NCBI GenBank assembly: GCA_951406725.2 | Contig: OX597814.1 | Coordinates: 49,104,001-49,168,000 of the forward strand | Direction of reading: 5' to 3' | Source: Octopus vulgaris | Lineage: Eukaryota | Length of the DNA stretch: 64,000 bases | In this document: in pieces, positions 50,869 through 63,050 of the stretch | Position numbering within the stretch: the stretch's first letter is position 1 | How the letters are laid out: each line of letters opens with the position of its first letter | The notes under the pieces: generated by a model | Told to the model about the DNA's origin: nothing | The model's input: only the letters and a program-made list of their open reading frames with translations | The model's database searches: none | Made by a program: the position numbers and the translations under genes

Positions 50869-52063
50869 CGCCGTACTTCTTTACCACCAATAACTCCTCT
50901 ATCAATATAAATTGTCTTTCAGTTATTCTCAAGTATTAACTCATCCGAAAGTTTAAAAACATAATCCTTGAAGTTGACAAATATGATATGTACCTTAGAT
51001 TTTGTAGGATTAGTGAATGGTATAGACTTTTTAAAAAATTTTATTTAAAAGGGAGAATAATTGCGTAGTTGTCACATTAATGCCTTCTGAAAGTGCATTT
51101 GTGCAAAAACGAAATGAAATAACTTCAAGCGGAAATTGGAACCGGTTCATAAAATCTGATTATCAATTACCTACCATTTTACTTGGACCTAATTTCTTTC
51201 ATCAGTTCTTATGGAAATATTCATTTATGCCCCCCACCCCCACCCAATTTTTTAAAAACACACATATGTGGTATTGATAATATCACACGTGGTTATATGT
51301 ACACCTTTTATTGGGTTAACGATTATAGATGAGATATTTTATTCCCTCACAGACTTATCTTTGAGTTCTTTTTTCTAAGTGGCCGGACTTAGCTTGTTTT
51401 GAACTTGTCAAACCCTGGAACACACACACACACACACACACAGACACACACACTCCATTCTAGTCCTTGCAGAAACCGATTGGTGAGATCAGACGTGATG
51501 GATATATAATACTGTACATTTCGGATTATACTCACACACACACACACACTTGGTATTCTGTTAGCGTACAGAAGAACTTGGTTTTGATCTTTGTACCTTA
51601 CATCAATCTACTCAAAAGTACAAGATGTAAGTTTATAAGTATGTGTAAAAATTAAAATATGTATAGAAAATAGAAAGTAATCCGTGTTTTAGTAACAAAG
51701 GCTGCAATTGTTTTAAGACTTCTTTGTGTGTGTTCAGAGGGTATTAGGGACAGAAGTGAATTGACATGCGTCCTATTAGAAATCAAAATCAAGTTTCGAG
51801 CTCCTAAATGTCGGAACGAACCATGGGAACCTCAATATAGTCGCGGTCTGCTAGAAATGGCAACTATATTCCCTTAAATACCTGCTTATCCTCTTAAAAT
51901 AAAAAGAAAGATATATTAAACACTGTAATACGAGAACAGATAAAGATGGGATGGGTTAATGGCCGGAATTCAGAGTTCTGATCAATAATGTCTGATTTGG
52001 GACAGAACAACAAATCACATGACAGTCACTAACACTTATATAATGTATTCTTTTAGGCACGAA

Positions 52064-52456
52064 GGCTGCGAGCTGGCAGAAACGTTAACACGCCGGGCGA
52101 AATGCTCAGTAGTATTTCGTCTGTCGCTACGTTCTGAGTTCAAATTCAGCCGAGGTCGACTTTGCCTTTCATCCTTTCGGGGTTGATTAAATAAGTACCA
52201 GTTACGCACTGTGGTCGATGTAATCGACTTAATCCGTTTGTCTGTCCTTGTTTGTACCCTCTGTGTTTAGCCTCTTGTAGGTAGTAAAGAAACAGGTATT
52301 TCGTCTGCCGCTACGTTGAGTTCAAATTCCGCCGAGGTCGACTTTGCCTTTCATCCTTTCGGGGTCGATAAATTAAGTACCAGTTGCGTACTGGAGTCGA
52401 TCTAATCGACTGGCCCCCTTCCCCAAAATTTCGGACCTTGTGTCTAGAAAAGATTC
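52064..52456 (+). mobile_element. SINE family C with an internal partial tandem duplication
   Basis: GGCTGCGAGCTGGCAGAAACGTTA head and GAGTTCAAATTC B box. GTATTTCGTCTG...AAGTACCAGTT is repeated at 52112 and 52296. Confidence 0.85.
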
Positions 52457-52613
52457 TTTTAGGCACGAAGTCCTGGGGTAGTAATTTGAAGGCGATTCAT
52501 ATCACAGCCGTAAAACTAGAGAGAAAAAAAACTATAACCGAATACAATTCAAGCACGAACATATTACATTTTCTAATGCTTCAAATGTGTATATTAAACC
52601 ATTACATACATAC

Positions 52614-52644
<31 letters not shown>

Positions 52645-53971
52645 TGTGTGTGTGTGTGTGTGTAATAGATATTAATATCAATATATATTTAACAAGTACA
52701 GTATTGTTTAATCCAATATAGCAGAAGGAAAGAAAGAAAGAAGGAAGGAAGGAAAGAAAGAAATGGTTATATATTAATATTTGAAACTTTATTGTTTATT
52801 CCTTTCGAAAACTTAATGACTATTTCTGGTATTCTAGTTTCTAGTTGTGTTTTCTTTTTAGCTTTTTGATTGTAATATGACGGATCATCCGTGTCATTCG
52901 TACGTTTCCCAAGTGTATTAGCGGCCTAAAGGGAATAGTTTTAGCTGAGGAATGAAACTATATCTCGTCTCGATTACTGGAACTTACCACTTGTTTCTAA
53001 TACTTACATAACACACATAACACACACTTAGTGATTGCTGATGTTCTCTCTCCCTCTCTTTCTTACTCTCTCTCTCTCTTTCACTCATATACATACATGA
53101 GCGCGTGCGCACACATACACGGATTAATGGATGCTTGAGGGTACGCACACATTGTCTGTAAGATGCGCCAACATATTAGAAGGCACATGCTATGTCGCTA
53201 CATATTTGTATATGAGAGTTTACACGTTTGGGTATCGTACGTACGTATGTATGTATGTATCTATGTATGTATGTTATTTAGATATTGCATTTGTTGGGTT
53301 TAAAATTACAATGAGTTTAAAGAAAAAGAACGAACTACCTCTGAGAATACACACACACACACACACACACACACTAACATAGAGTGAGGAAAGAAGCTGT
53401 CTGGTGTCTTGAAGGCAGCTTCAGTGTTGATCGACCTCAAGTTCATCACCACCTCCTCTGCCTTACCTACTCGAACTATAAGGGAATCCGGTGTGAGAAA
53501 GCAGCCTTGCTGAGAGTTCTTCCTACATGACACTAAGAGGCACAACAGAATACTTAACTCTCTCTCTCGTCTCATGTTCTGAAAAGATATGTTTTCCAGA
53601 GAGCAACAGATATAAGAACAAAACAATGTTTCTACTATCAGACAGAAGCTATCAAATGATACGACTGAACAAAGAATAGAATCAAACCAAACTGTGTGTA
53701 TGAAAATTAGTGAAAAAAAGTGTTGGAGTTGTACTGTGGGACATTTAGAACTGTTCCGAATTTTACATTGTATTAAGTTTTAACAAGACACAGTATTATG
53801 CGAGCATAATTGAATTACACTGTGAAGTTACTATGCTATGTTTCAATACTCAGTTTCCCATATTTTCATAGAAATTTCACAACATTGTCATTTCTGTTGT
53901 CCCAATAGCAATTATCATTTCGTTTGAGTGAGAGGAGTAAGTCGTTTTCTTCGTTATTTTTATCTTTTCAT

Positions 53972-54130
53972 CGCAGGCGTGGCCGTGTTAAGAAGCTTGC
54001 TTCCCAACTACATGGTTCCGGGTTCAATCCCACTGCGTGGCACCTTGGGCAAGTGCCTTCTGTTATAGCCTTGGGCTGACCACAGCCTTGTGAGTGGATT
54101 TGGTAGACGGAAACTGAAAGAAGCCCGTAT
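53972..54130 (+). mobile_element. SINE family A, 5' half
   Basis: GGTTCAATCCCACTGCGTGGCACCTTGGGCAAG. Confidence 0.85.
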
Positions 54131-54164
54131 TATATACATATATATATATATATATATAATAAAT

Positions 54165-54420
54165 TAATAAATAAATAAAACATATGCATATATACATACA
54201 TATATGTACGTACCTACCTCTACATGTATATATACATGCATAAATGGGTACAGGACACCAAAAAACGTCGAACACAATGAGAAACGAAAACATAAACACA
54301 AAACCAAAGAAATGGACATTTTTCTTAAACAACGAAAAAATAGAGTACAGAACATACAATACAAGGAAAATTCCCCTTCTTCAGTCGCCTTTGTTTCATC
54401 TACTCCACGTTTCGAAATAT
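54165..54420 (-). mobile_element. Short (TA)n-embedded element related to 56713-56955
   Basis: Reverse complement CGAAACGTGGAGTAGA...CTGAAGAAGGGG...GTCCTGTACCCATTTATGCATG aligns with CGAAATACGAAGTAGA...CTGATGAGGGG...GTCCTGTGCCCATATATGCAT. Confidence 0.6.
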
Positions 54421-55125
54421 ATATAAATTTAACAAGGGTGGAATTGCGTGAAAAATTACACAGATGTGTAGAATGGTCCGGTGGTGATGCTGGGCTTTGT
54501 ATCTTTTCAAAGCTTCCATGGTTACTGAGATAATCTACTATAATAATACTCTTGTGTTTATGAATGAGAAAGGAAGGGGTGATGTCATACTTGCTAGTAC
54601 ACGCTGAAGAAATAAATCAAACAGCGTGAATATATGTGTGTGCAAGTAAAAGGGGGGGGGGGTATGTGAATGTGTGTGTGTGTGTGTGTGCGCATGTGTC
54701 CTTTTTTCTCTCCCCTCCTTAATTCTTCTGTCCCTCTGCTTCTACTTCTCTCTCTTCTCTTCCCACGTAACCGCCGGTCAGCCTAGTCCTGTTCTTTTTT
54801 TCTTCTTGGTCTGACCGCCGTCCGTGCATCATCGATACTCTTCCCTGTGATGGCCCCTTGTGGGTAATAATAAAACAGATACTCTTCCCTGTGTTTGTGA
54901 AATTTTTGTATCTCTGCCGTAAGGTTTCATTTCCACACGCGCCAGCTTAATTCAATTCGTCCTTAGTCGAAAGACACCTGTTGTTATGTCCTGTTATTAT
55001 TTTTATTGTATTTATTATTGTATTTATATTTGTGTAACTTTGTCCGTTTTTTTCCGTCCTTGTTTTTGTATACATTTGCTGCTTTCTTCAACGAATCTAA
55101 TGCTCATAGCTTAGGTTTTCCTTAG

Positions 55126-55187
55126 GGCTGGCAATCTCAAGAATAATCAGCCGAAATTGCGAGGATAATCTGGTGCTTGACTGAGGA
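55126..55187 (+). ncRNA. Candidate non-circularly permuted hammerhead ribozyme (second copy)
   Basis: GCAAU-C (55131-36) pairs with GAA-AUUGC (55153-60). UCAAG (55137-41) pairs with CUUGA (55176-80), which precedes CUGAGGA (55181-87). GGCUG/CAGCC helix sits 5' of GAAA. Confidence 0.5.
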
Positions 55188-55303
55188 TAGAAAACTTCGA
55201 ATGACCCGACCTTGTTTTCTTCGTATCGTCTATCTGGATGTTTTGTTGTCCTTTTTTGTATCACCTAGCTGTCCGGATGTTTTGCGTTCTTGTCCCATTT
55301 TGC

Positions 55304-55375
<72 letters not shown>

Positions 55376-55387
55376 CATATATATAAG

Positions 55388-56100
55388 CTAGTAGAAATAC
55401 TCGGCGTTGCCCGGGTTAAAGAAAATAATGAAATTTAAAAACGCTCTCTAGATTACGTAGGTCTCAACTGCTAGTAGCACAGTGCAGGTGTCTCTCCAGG
55501 CCACTTCCTTGCTTTACAATGTATGCACTCAGTTGTCATTGCACCAATGAAACTTTAGTGTCATCTGCGTATTGAACTGCTGGTTCGTAATTGAAAACTG
55601 CTTCATAGAAGTTGCTTCTCTGAGCTGTTGCAACTGCTCTTCATTCTGCAGTAGAGATCCTATTCCTTGTCAGCTGTGCATACCTCTGTTCATGACTTTG
55701 AAGTACTCTGGCTTTTGTAGTGCACAGTTTGTTCGTTTCTTGGCGTGCTTCCCTTTCTGCAGCCGTCTTTCTTTCCCTGGACAGACATTCTTTTAGCTGA
55801 CCTTGATATTGTAGACAAATTTGACACTTTCCTTCCGGGCATGGTTTTGTATACGTATACAGAAATACACGAGTGCAGAAGATAACTTGGCAACAGAAAT
55901 TATGTTTCTTAATGCGGCGGCCAGAAAATAAAAAAGAAATTTTTACGGAAAATAAAGTATTGTACGAGTTGGCGCGAAATTTGTCACTCGGTGAACGAAA
56001 TAGCCAGTATCGAAGGAACCAGGAAAAAACTGTCAATAACAGAAAAACAGGATCTCGTTAAATTGATTCACAAAATCAGCCCCCTTTAATTTTGCCCAGA
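55388..56100 (-). mobile_element. Internally deleted Helitron retaining the RepHel N-terminus
   Basis: 3' hairpin CCCGGGCAACGCCGAG plus CTAG at 55388-55415. Minus-strand MPGRKVSNLS (ATG 55842), an E/R-rich repeat, and the IGAMTTECIHCKARKWPGETPALC zinc-finger motif (~55478-55548). 5' boundary approximate. Confidence 0.8.
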
Positions 56101-56218
56101 TTGCTTTCAATTTTGGTGTATCGATGCAACTCTGAATTTTAATTACGATGAACCAATTACTTCCTCTTGGGATCTTTTCGCTTTCACCGGCAGATTTTTA
56201 AAATAATTTCTTTGAGTG

Positions 56219-56249
<31 letters not shown>

Positions 56250-56250
56250 G

Positions 56251-56313
<63 letters not shown>

Positions 56314-56951
56314 AATACGGGTGGATTTGTGTGTGAGTGCGATATGTCCCGTTTTTATAAGCCAGCACTAACTTGCCGTTTACTGTACTAAAACCAAAAG
56401 TAATATCGGGTCTTTTGTGGGACACTTAAGTTGTTTCTTTTACGTTCGATTTCGTAACAGAATCCTTTGAAGAAACACAAAAAACGTAGTTCCTAAAAAT
56501 CTAAACGTTCCTTTATTTACGTGTAGTTGTTACGTCACTGACGCTAGAAATCCAGAAGTAAATATTTTCAAAAACTTTCAATATAGAAAGCAATATTTTT
56601 TCATTTTTAATTTAAAAAATCAAGTGAAGAGCCATGCATCGCAAATATGGAAGCATTTGATGAAGCCGTTTTCGTGTAAAAAGTAAATTCACACACTTCT
56701 CTATTATATATATAAGATGAGATAAAACTTACTTGGAAATGGATGCTGTGGCATTCAGTCGTGAATTGCTCGAAATACGAAGTAGAAAAACAGCCGACAA
56801 CTGATGAGGGGTCGTTCTTTATGTTGCTTGTCACGTTTTCCATTTGTTTCCTTCGTTGTTTGCAACAAAGAGTTCGTATTCCATGTTTTCGTATTTCATG
56901 TTGTGACGTCCTGTGCCCATATATGCATATGTATGTACATATATGTATATA

Positions 56952-57025
<74 letters not shown>

Positions 57026-57119
57026 CTATATAATTATATGAGTGAACGTCTCGCATCCATTTCCAAGTAAGTTTTATCTTAATTTCCTTGCGACCCTTAT
57101 AATAATAATAATAAGAAGA

Positions 57120-58706
57120 ATAACAATAAAGTCACTAACAAAACCAATCCAAAAGGGAATTCTAAGCATTATATTGACAATACTAAGGGTAGAAAACATA
57201 TGGGTTGGAAGAATAATAGGGTTTTTCCCAAAAATAACAATCTGAGGAGTAATCCACATAGTGGTGACGATACACTATGGCTAATAATACCATATGCAAT
57301 GCAGATTAAAACGGATATAGTCAGAACAATACATAAAGCAATATATAGACTATTTAATAAGGGTAAGAATAAATATAGCCAAATAATTAACAATAGAACT
57401 ATTAGAATAGGATATAGTATCACGAATAATCTAGCCACCATCATCTCCTCCTTCAACAACAAGAAATTAGATTGCTTCTATAATGATAGAAAGATAAACA
57501 TGGGTGGTAGTGAAAATAAGTGCAATAATATCAACAGGAATAGGGCTACGGGGATTTCTGCCAGGGTTTAAATCTCCTCAATCTGATAATGGCTGCAATT
57601 GCAGAAGCAAGAATCAATGTGTGTTTGGTAATAAATGCCTGATGAGAGAGGTGGTTTGCCAATGCACTGTAAATACACAATACAATAGCAGGGTGTATAT
57701 TGGTGCGACTAAAAATAGTATAAAACAAAGGCTAAACTATCATAGATATACTTTTAGAAATAAAAATAGGATGAACTCTACGGGGTTAAGTACGTATATC
57801 TGGGAACTCAAGAGTAAAAACATAGATTTTAAATTAGATTGGGAAATACTAACATCTACACCTGTATACAATAGTAGCAATAAAAAATGCTCTTTATGTA
57901 TAAATGAAATTTTCTTCATCATCAAAGCCGGTAAACCCATTATTAACAGCATTAATGAGCGAAATTTTTTTGCCTTCATAAATTGGCGTACACTTTCTCT
58001 AGATTTAAATAACATCTAATTCTTCTACCAGTAATCTTTTAGCAATCCTCTATATAGGACTGTACTATTGGTCCTTACAATTTATAACTTATAACTTTGT
58101 ATCTCCATATGTGTGTTCTATATTGATTGTTTCTGTCCCGACTGAAAAATATACAAAGATATATAGTTATTCCGATATATGCATGATATTCGGAACCCCA
58201 CAGAGTCTTTTATCTGTGTAGGGTGTATAAGCGCATCATATCTTAGGGCACTAGTTGGAGTTTTTGCTATACCAATATGTAATATGTGAGAGTCTATAAT
58301 TAGTATAGTTGTTTATCCCGATGAACATATAAGGTTTTTTTTTGTTTTTTTTTTTTGCGGTTGGCTTGTTGGGGGTTGTTGTATTTCTGCTGCACAAGCG
58401 TGGGCTCGGGTGGCGCTGCACCGGAGTTTGTGCGCCCGCGCATGCATGTGCGAGCGCGTCCGCGCATGTGTATCAACGTGTGCACTCTCGCGCGCTGAGC
58501 TTGCGGACATTCGCGTGTTCTGGTGTTCATCCCGGTGATCGTGTGGGCCCAGCCATGAATTCGCGTGTCCGTGCGGGGGCGTGCATACACATGTATGTGC
58601 ATGTGGGTGCATTTCGGCGTATCCACTTATATTTACTATATTAGGTTTATCTTTGTGATCTTCTTAATTTATATTCCATTTTATTTATCTATTTATCTAT
58701 ACATGG

Positions 58707-58738
<32 letters not shown>

Positions 58739-60260
58739 TTTTATTTATTTAATTATTTATTTATTTAATTATTTATTTTTGTTTATTTGGCACTTACTAA
58801 CTTATAATCAATTTAATTTAATTTATAATTAATGAACTTATATCTAAGTTAATAGTAACTTCTGTTTACTTTTTGTGTATGTATATATACGTCTTTGGAT
58901 GGGCAGACATATATTTTAATTTATGATTTAGTGGATGTGGGTGGAGGTGTCGAGGTGTGTGAAAATGTGGATGTGTACGTATGTATGTTTTTGTGCGTAT
59001 AGGTATGTTCGTAGGTGGATGTACAGATGTATGTTTTTCTTATACATATGAGTACGCAGGTGCGTATTTGGATATGTATATATGTATATGCAAATATTTA
59101 TTCATGGGTGGATATAAGTATAGGTTTTATTTGTACGTATGAGTGCGCAGACATATATTTAAATATGTATATATGTATGTGCGAATGTTCCCTGATATAG
59201 TATATGAGAGTGTATTAACATTTATGAGTATATGCGGATGTGCGTGTGAGTGTGTGTGTTAGTGTATAGACACTGCTGCCTGTACTGATTTGTCTGTAAG
59301 GCATGCGATGACAGACATGCACTCTGCAATCTAGTGAATGTGTAGAGATGTGTCGGGTGTATTCATGTGTATGTGCATGTGTGTGTGGGTATTTATGTGG
59401 ACGTGTGGGTTTAGGGTTGGATGTGGATGTGTACGTTTTTCTTGTGCGGTGTGGTGGAGGTCGGGCGGCTCTCAACGGACCAACCATGATGAAGACAATG
59501 ATAATTTAAATTCAAATCCAATAGTATATTTGTCATAAGGAAAATTACTAACTTGAACCCGGACATACATATGTGCCACTTCAGATCCTAATGTAAGCGT
59601 TATTAATAATATTATGAATGATAATGATAACATTAATTGTATTGACAACGATACTGATGCTAACTTTAATGACACTTTGGAAATTAGTAGGAAGTAATAT
59701 AATGTACTATTGACTGTGTATATTTGCATCTAGGTACTAATATGTGTATGTTTATTATCACAATATTAAGTTGAAGAACTGAAACATTGAATATGGAACG
59801 TATATATGTTTACTAATTTATATTATTTATTTACATTATTATGTATATGTATATTTTTATATGTATAGGAGTGTGAATATATGCACTCATATGTATATGT
59901 ATATCTCCGAGGAGGCCATATGATATTTTTGTAAATGTCTCATTTATATCTATATATTGACCTACCATAAAAGGCCAATATTGGTAAAATGAGACATACT
60001 TATCTACATGGCCGAAACAGCTGTAAGATGTAATCTATACTTATATGTATATTCTCTTTTTTTATATATATTCTACTTATTATACAACATCACTCTTTTA
60101 TGTACACTTTTTTATGTACATTCCTTTATGTACACTGATTTGTTCTGCTTTTTTATGTTTAACCCTACAGTCTCTTATGTGGTGGTTTAATAAAGTATGT
60201 GATTGAGTATTATCTAGTATTTGATATTTGATTTAGATGTATATCTCCATTTTCTTATCT

Positions 60261-60262
<2 letters not shown>
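57120..60262 (+). mobile_element. Penelope-like element, 5'-truncated: linker plus C-terminal GIY-YIG endonuclease (57200-58019, one frameshift), long 3' region, HHR, terminus in (TA)n
   Basis: LWLIIPY...IRIGYS...IISSFNNKKL; CNCR....C....C....VV...VYIG....KQR...H...T.LS.YIW.LK...W.IL...CSLC.NE. HHR at 59901. Continuity across 58.0-59.9 kb is inferred. Confidence 0.8.
59901..60031 (+). ncRNA. Type I hammerhead with ~100-nt stem II, GUA site after 60025
   Basis: Stem I AUAUCU/AGAUGU; core CCGAGGA; stem II GGCCAU...AUGGCC enclosing AUGUCUCAUUU/AAAUGAGACAU and UAUUG.CCU/AGG.CAAUA; GAAA; palindromic ACAGCUGU; A17. Confidence 0.75.
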
Positions 60263-60299
<37 letters not shown>

Positions 60300-60300
<1 letters not shown>

Positions 60301-60557
60301 ATAAAATAAATAAATGCACCCTTTTAAAGCCTAGCCTGGCTCATGGGCCCTGTTCCCCGGTTTCAATGGCGTATGTGTTCCCCAGCTGGACGGGACGCCA
60401 GTCCATCGCAGCGTTACTCATTTTTGCCAGTTGAGTGGACTGGAGCAACGCGAAATGAAGTGTTTTGCTCAAGAACACAACGTGACACCCGGTCCAGGAA
60501 TCGAAACCACAATCTTACGATCATGATGCTGACACCCTAACCACTGAGCCACGCGCC
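60300..60557 (-). mobile_element. tRNA-derived SINE (family B-type head)
   Basis: Reverse complement GGCGCGTGGCTCAGTGGTTAGGG...GGTTTCGATTCCTGGACCGGG...CTTGAGCAAAACACTTCATTTCGCGTTGCTCCAG. Confidence 0.85.
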
Positions 60558-61155
60558 TACACACACACACACACACTCACACACACACGCACATATATAC
60601 ACATACATACTTCCATTTTTTTCCCTTTTGTTTTAGTAAGTGCTGTCTTATACCAAATTTGTAGTAAGGTGGATGAGTAGCAAAAATGACCGGAATAAAC
60701 GAGTAGCTACTCTGATTATGCGTCTATAGATTGAAGTAGGAGTACAGGGAGTAAGTAGTTGCTCTAGTGGACAGAATAACCGCGGTTTTGTGGGGTTTTC
60801 ACGGGGAGCTCTCCATTTTGGGGAATTATTTTATGTTTGGGATCTTTTCCTTTTGAACGGCAGATATCAACACAATTTCTAGTTAACTAAACGCTTTTAA
60901 TCTTCGTATACTGGTAGAATGTGTTTATAAAACATAATTTTTTCTTGGCTTTATTGAGAAAATTCTATATGTTATAACATATTCCCACTTTCAAATCGAG
61001 CATTTTGGCAATTTTAACTAATCGCTCACCTCCATTCGGGGTGAAAAGATTCCGTGCTGCATGAATATGCCCCTCGTTTAAGAAACAGATTGGGTCATTG
61101 CATCGTCCTATACCGGCCTCGACCTTTTTGTGAAACATTAGTGATTAATAAAGAA

Positions 61156-61186
<31 letters not shown>

Positions 61187-62049
61187 TCACGACGACGACG
61201 AACGAGCCTTGTAGGTGTAAAAGATAAACTGGCATCTCTTGTCAAGAATATAGGCGACAGTCGGATAGCTGATGTTTGTTGTGCACTCCGCTGTCGTTAT
61301 TTGATTGCTGTTATTCTGTGCGTCTGTGTGTAAAGATCAGTTGTGTTTTGCAGGACCGCTCTATTTTTACCCTTAACTTCGAAATGGAGAAAGACATAGT
61401 GCTAGATATAAAAAATAAGACATTTGGGGTTAGAAATTAAGCGGGAAAATGTGAAATTCTTTGAGCAAGCATGTGTCTTGTGCGAAATGTGATGAGCCCG
61501 AGTGACGCTGATGGCCTGGAGTCGCCTCTGATATATATATAAGAAAAATGTTTCCTTGACATTGGTTTGTCTTCGAGGCTGGCATCACCTTCTTTGAAAC
61601 CGCTGATTCATTTCTGTGTCACATGTTCTTTGATAGTTCCTAAGGCTTCCACATCATTAATTTCTTTTGATGCTGCCTTTGCACTTAGTCCTTTTTCTTC
61701 AGGTAGCGTAAAATGATTCTAAGTGCATTTTTTTTCTTCCCTACTCATTATCAAAGCTGTAAAATAAAGGACAAACAATTAATGTTTATAAGTTATATAT
61801 GAAAATAAAGAACGAACAATTCAGTAACGATTGGACAGCAAGCTGTATCAAATTAATAAATAACAAGGCGATACAAGCTGCCAAAAATCATCAGTGAAAA
61901 TCCGAAAAAACTTTTGACTCAACCCGGGTATACATGTGTGTGTGATAGTTTCCACATTAATCTCGTATTGACCAATACGGTCGACAGAAACTACATCAGA
62001 ATAGTCCGTTCATCAGCTGTCGACTGTATATCGCTGTCAACAGTATCAT

Positions 62050-63050
62050 TCCCTCCAGTTATCCGAAGCATCTTGTTTCTTTGGGCCCACACTCGAGCGC
62101 GGCTTTCCCCTGTTTTGTCTAATCAGGCAACACACCAAACCGAGTGCAACTGTAACCATCTAATCATGCAGCAGCTAATTTGTTTTACCGCTCGCTGAGT
62201 ATTTGTTCTTTACTCATATATTTGATCTTTCAGATTTCGCTGGCACGCCCGTGATGAAGCATATTTTATTTCATATTCCATTTCATTCTCCAGTTCACGA
62301 ATTAGTGCTCTGCTTTCCTTCTTCAGTGCAATGTCAGCCAAGTAGGACACAATGGATTTAACTACAGGTTCGCGACAGCCCGCCGCACTGGAAACACTAC
62401 ACGTTGCTATCCGCCTACCCAATGTGGTCACCAAAATTTATATTTTAACCCTTCGCCAGACACCTTCAACTCAAAATTGCAGTTATTTTCTGCCAGGTCA
62501 GACCATGTCAATCAGGTCAAGTCTCGTTATTGCAGTATGGCTAGGGAACACGAACGCTTCCTTCAAATTCACTCACAGCTTCAGTCATTAGCACTATGCA
62601 AAGATCTGGGTTTCAGTTTTCCTTTCTTTACGTTTCTGCGTTGTCTTTTTCAGTGTTGATATTCATTGCAATGGGCTGTTACATGATGTTTTAGTGCATC
62701 AGCAAAGAGTTCCTACACTTGGTTATGCTGCCTGGCATATGCTACATGAACATGTAGAACTTGCTCCAGAATATATTCCAACGATGCATAACCTCCGCGC
62801 CAAGGAGAATCAGAAATGTCACTCCAGCCCCACCACCTTTTTAGTTGGAATCACAGCCAACCCACCTCTTCTCTCAGGATGACTTGCAATCTCGCTAGCT
62901 CCATTTCCTACAATATACTCTGTCTCCCTTCTTGCCCATGCGCATTGGCTTCTTAAAACTACTACTTTAATCGCACGCTTCTCTTCTTTAATATAATGCG
63001 TTTTTTTCCCTCATATCTCACTTCTTCAATATAACATTTTTTACTCACAT
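62050..63050 (-). mobile_element. Highly decayed L1/Tx1-like APE endonuclease and linker remnant, tentative
   Basis: Scattered minus-strand motifs IKVVVL, RRGGLAV, HVAYA, coiled-coil ESRALIRELENEM and SRARVW, in the order expected for L1/Tx1 ORF2. Many stops. Confidence 0.3.

Noticed and set aside
61254-61300. Small hairpin GCGACAG-CGGA...TCCG-CTGTCGT as a miRNA
   Set aside because: Stem too short (~12 bp) and no recognisable mature miRNA.
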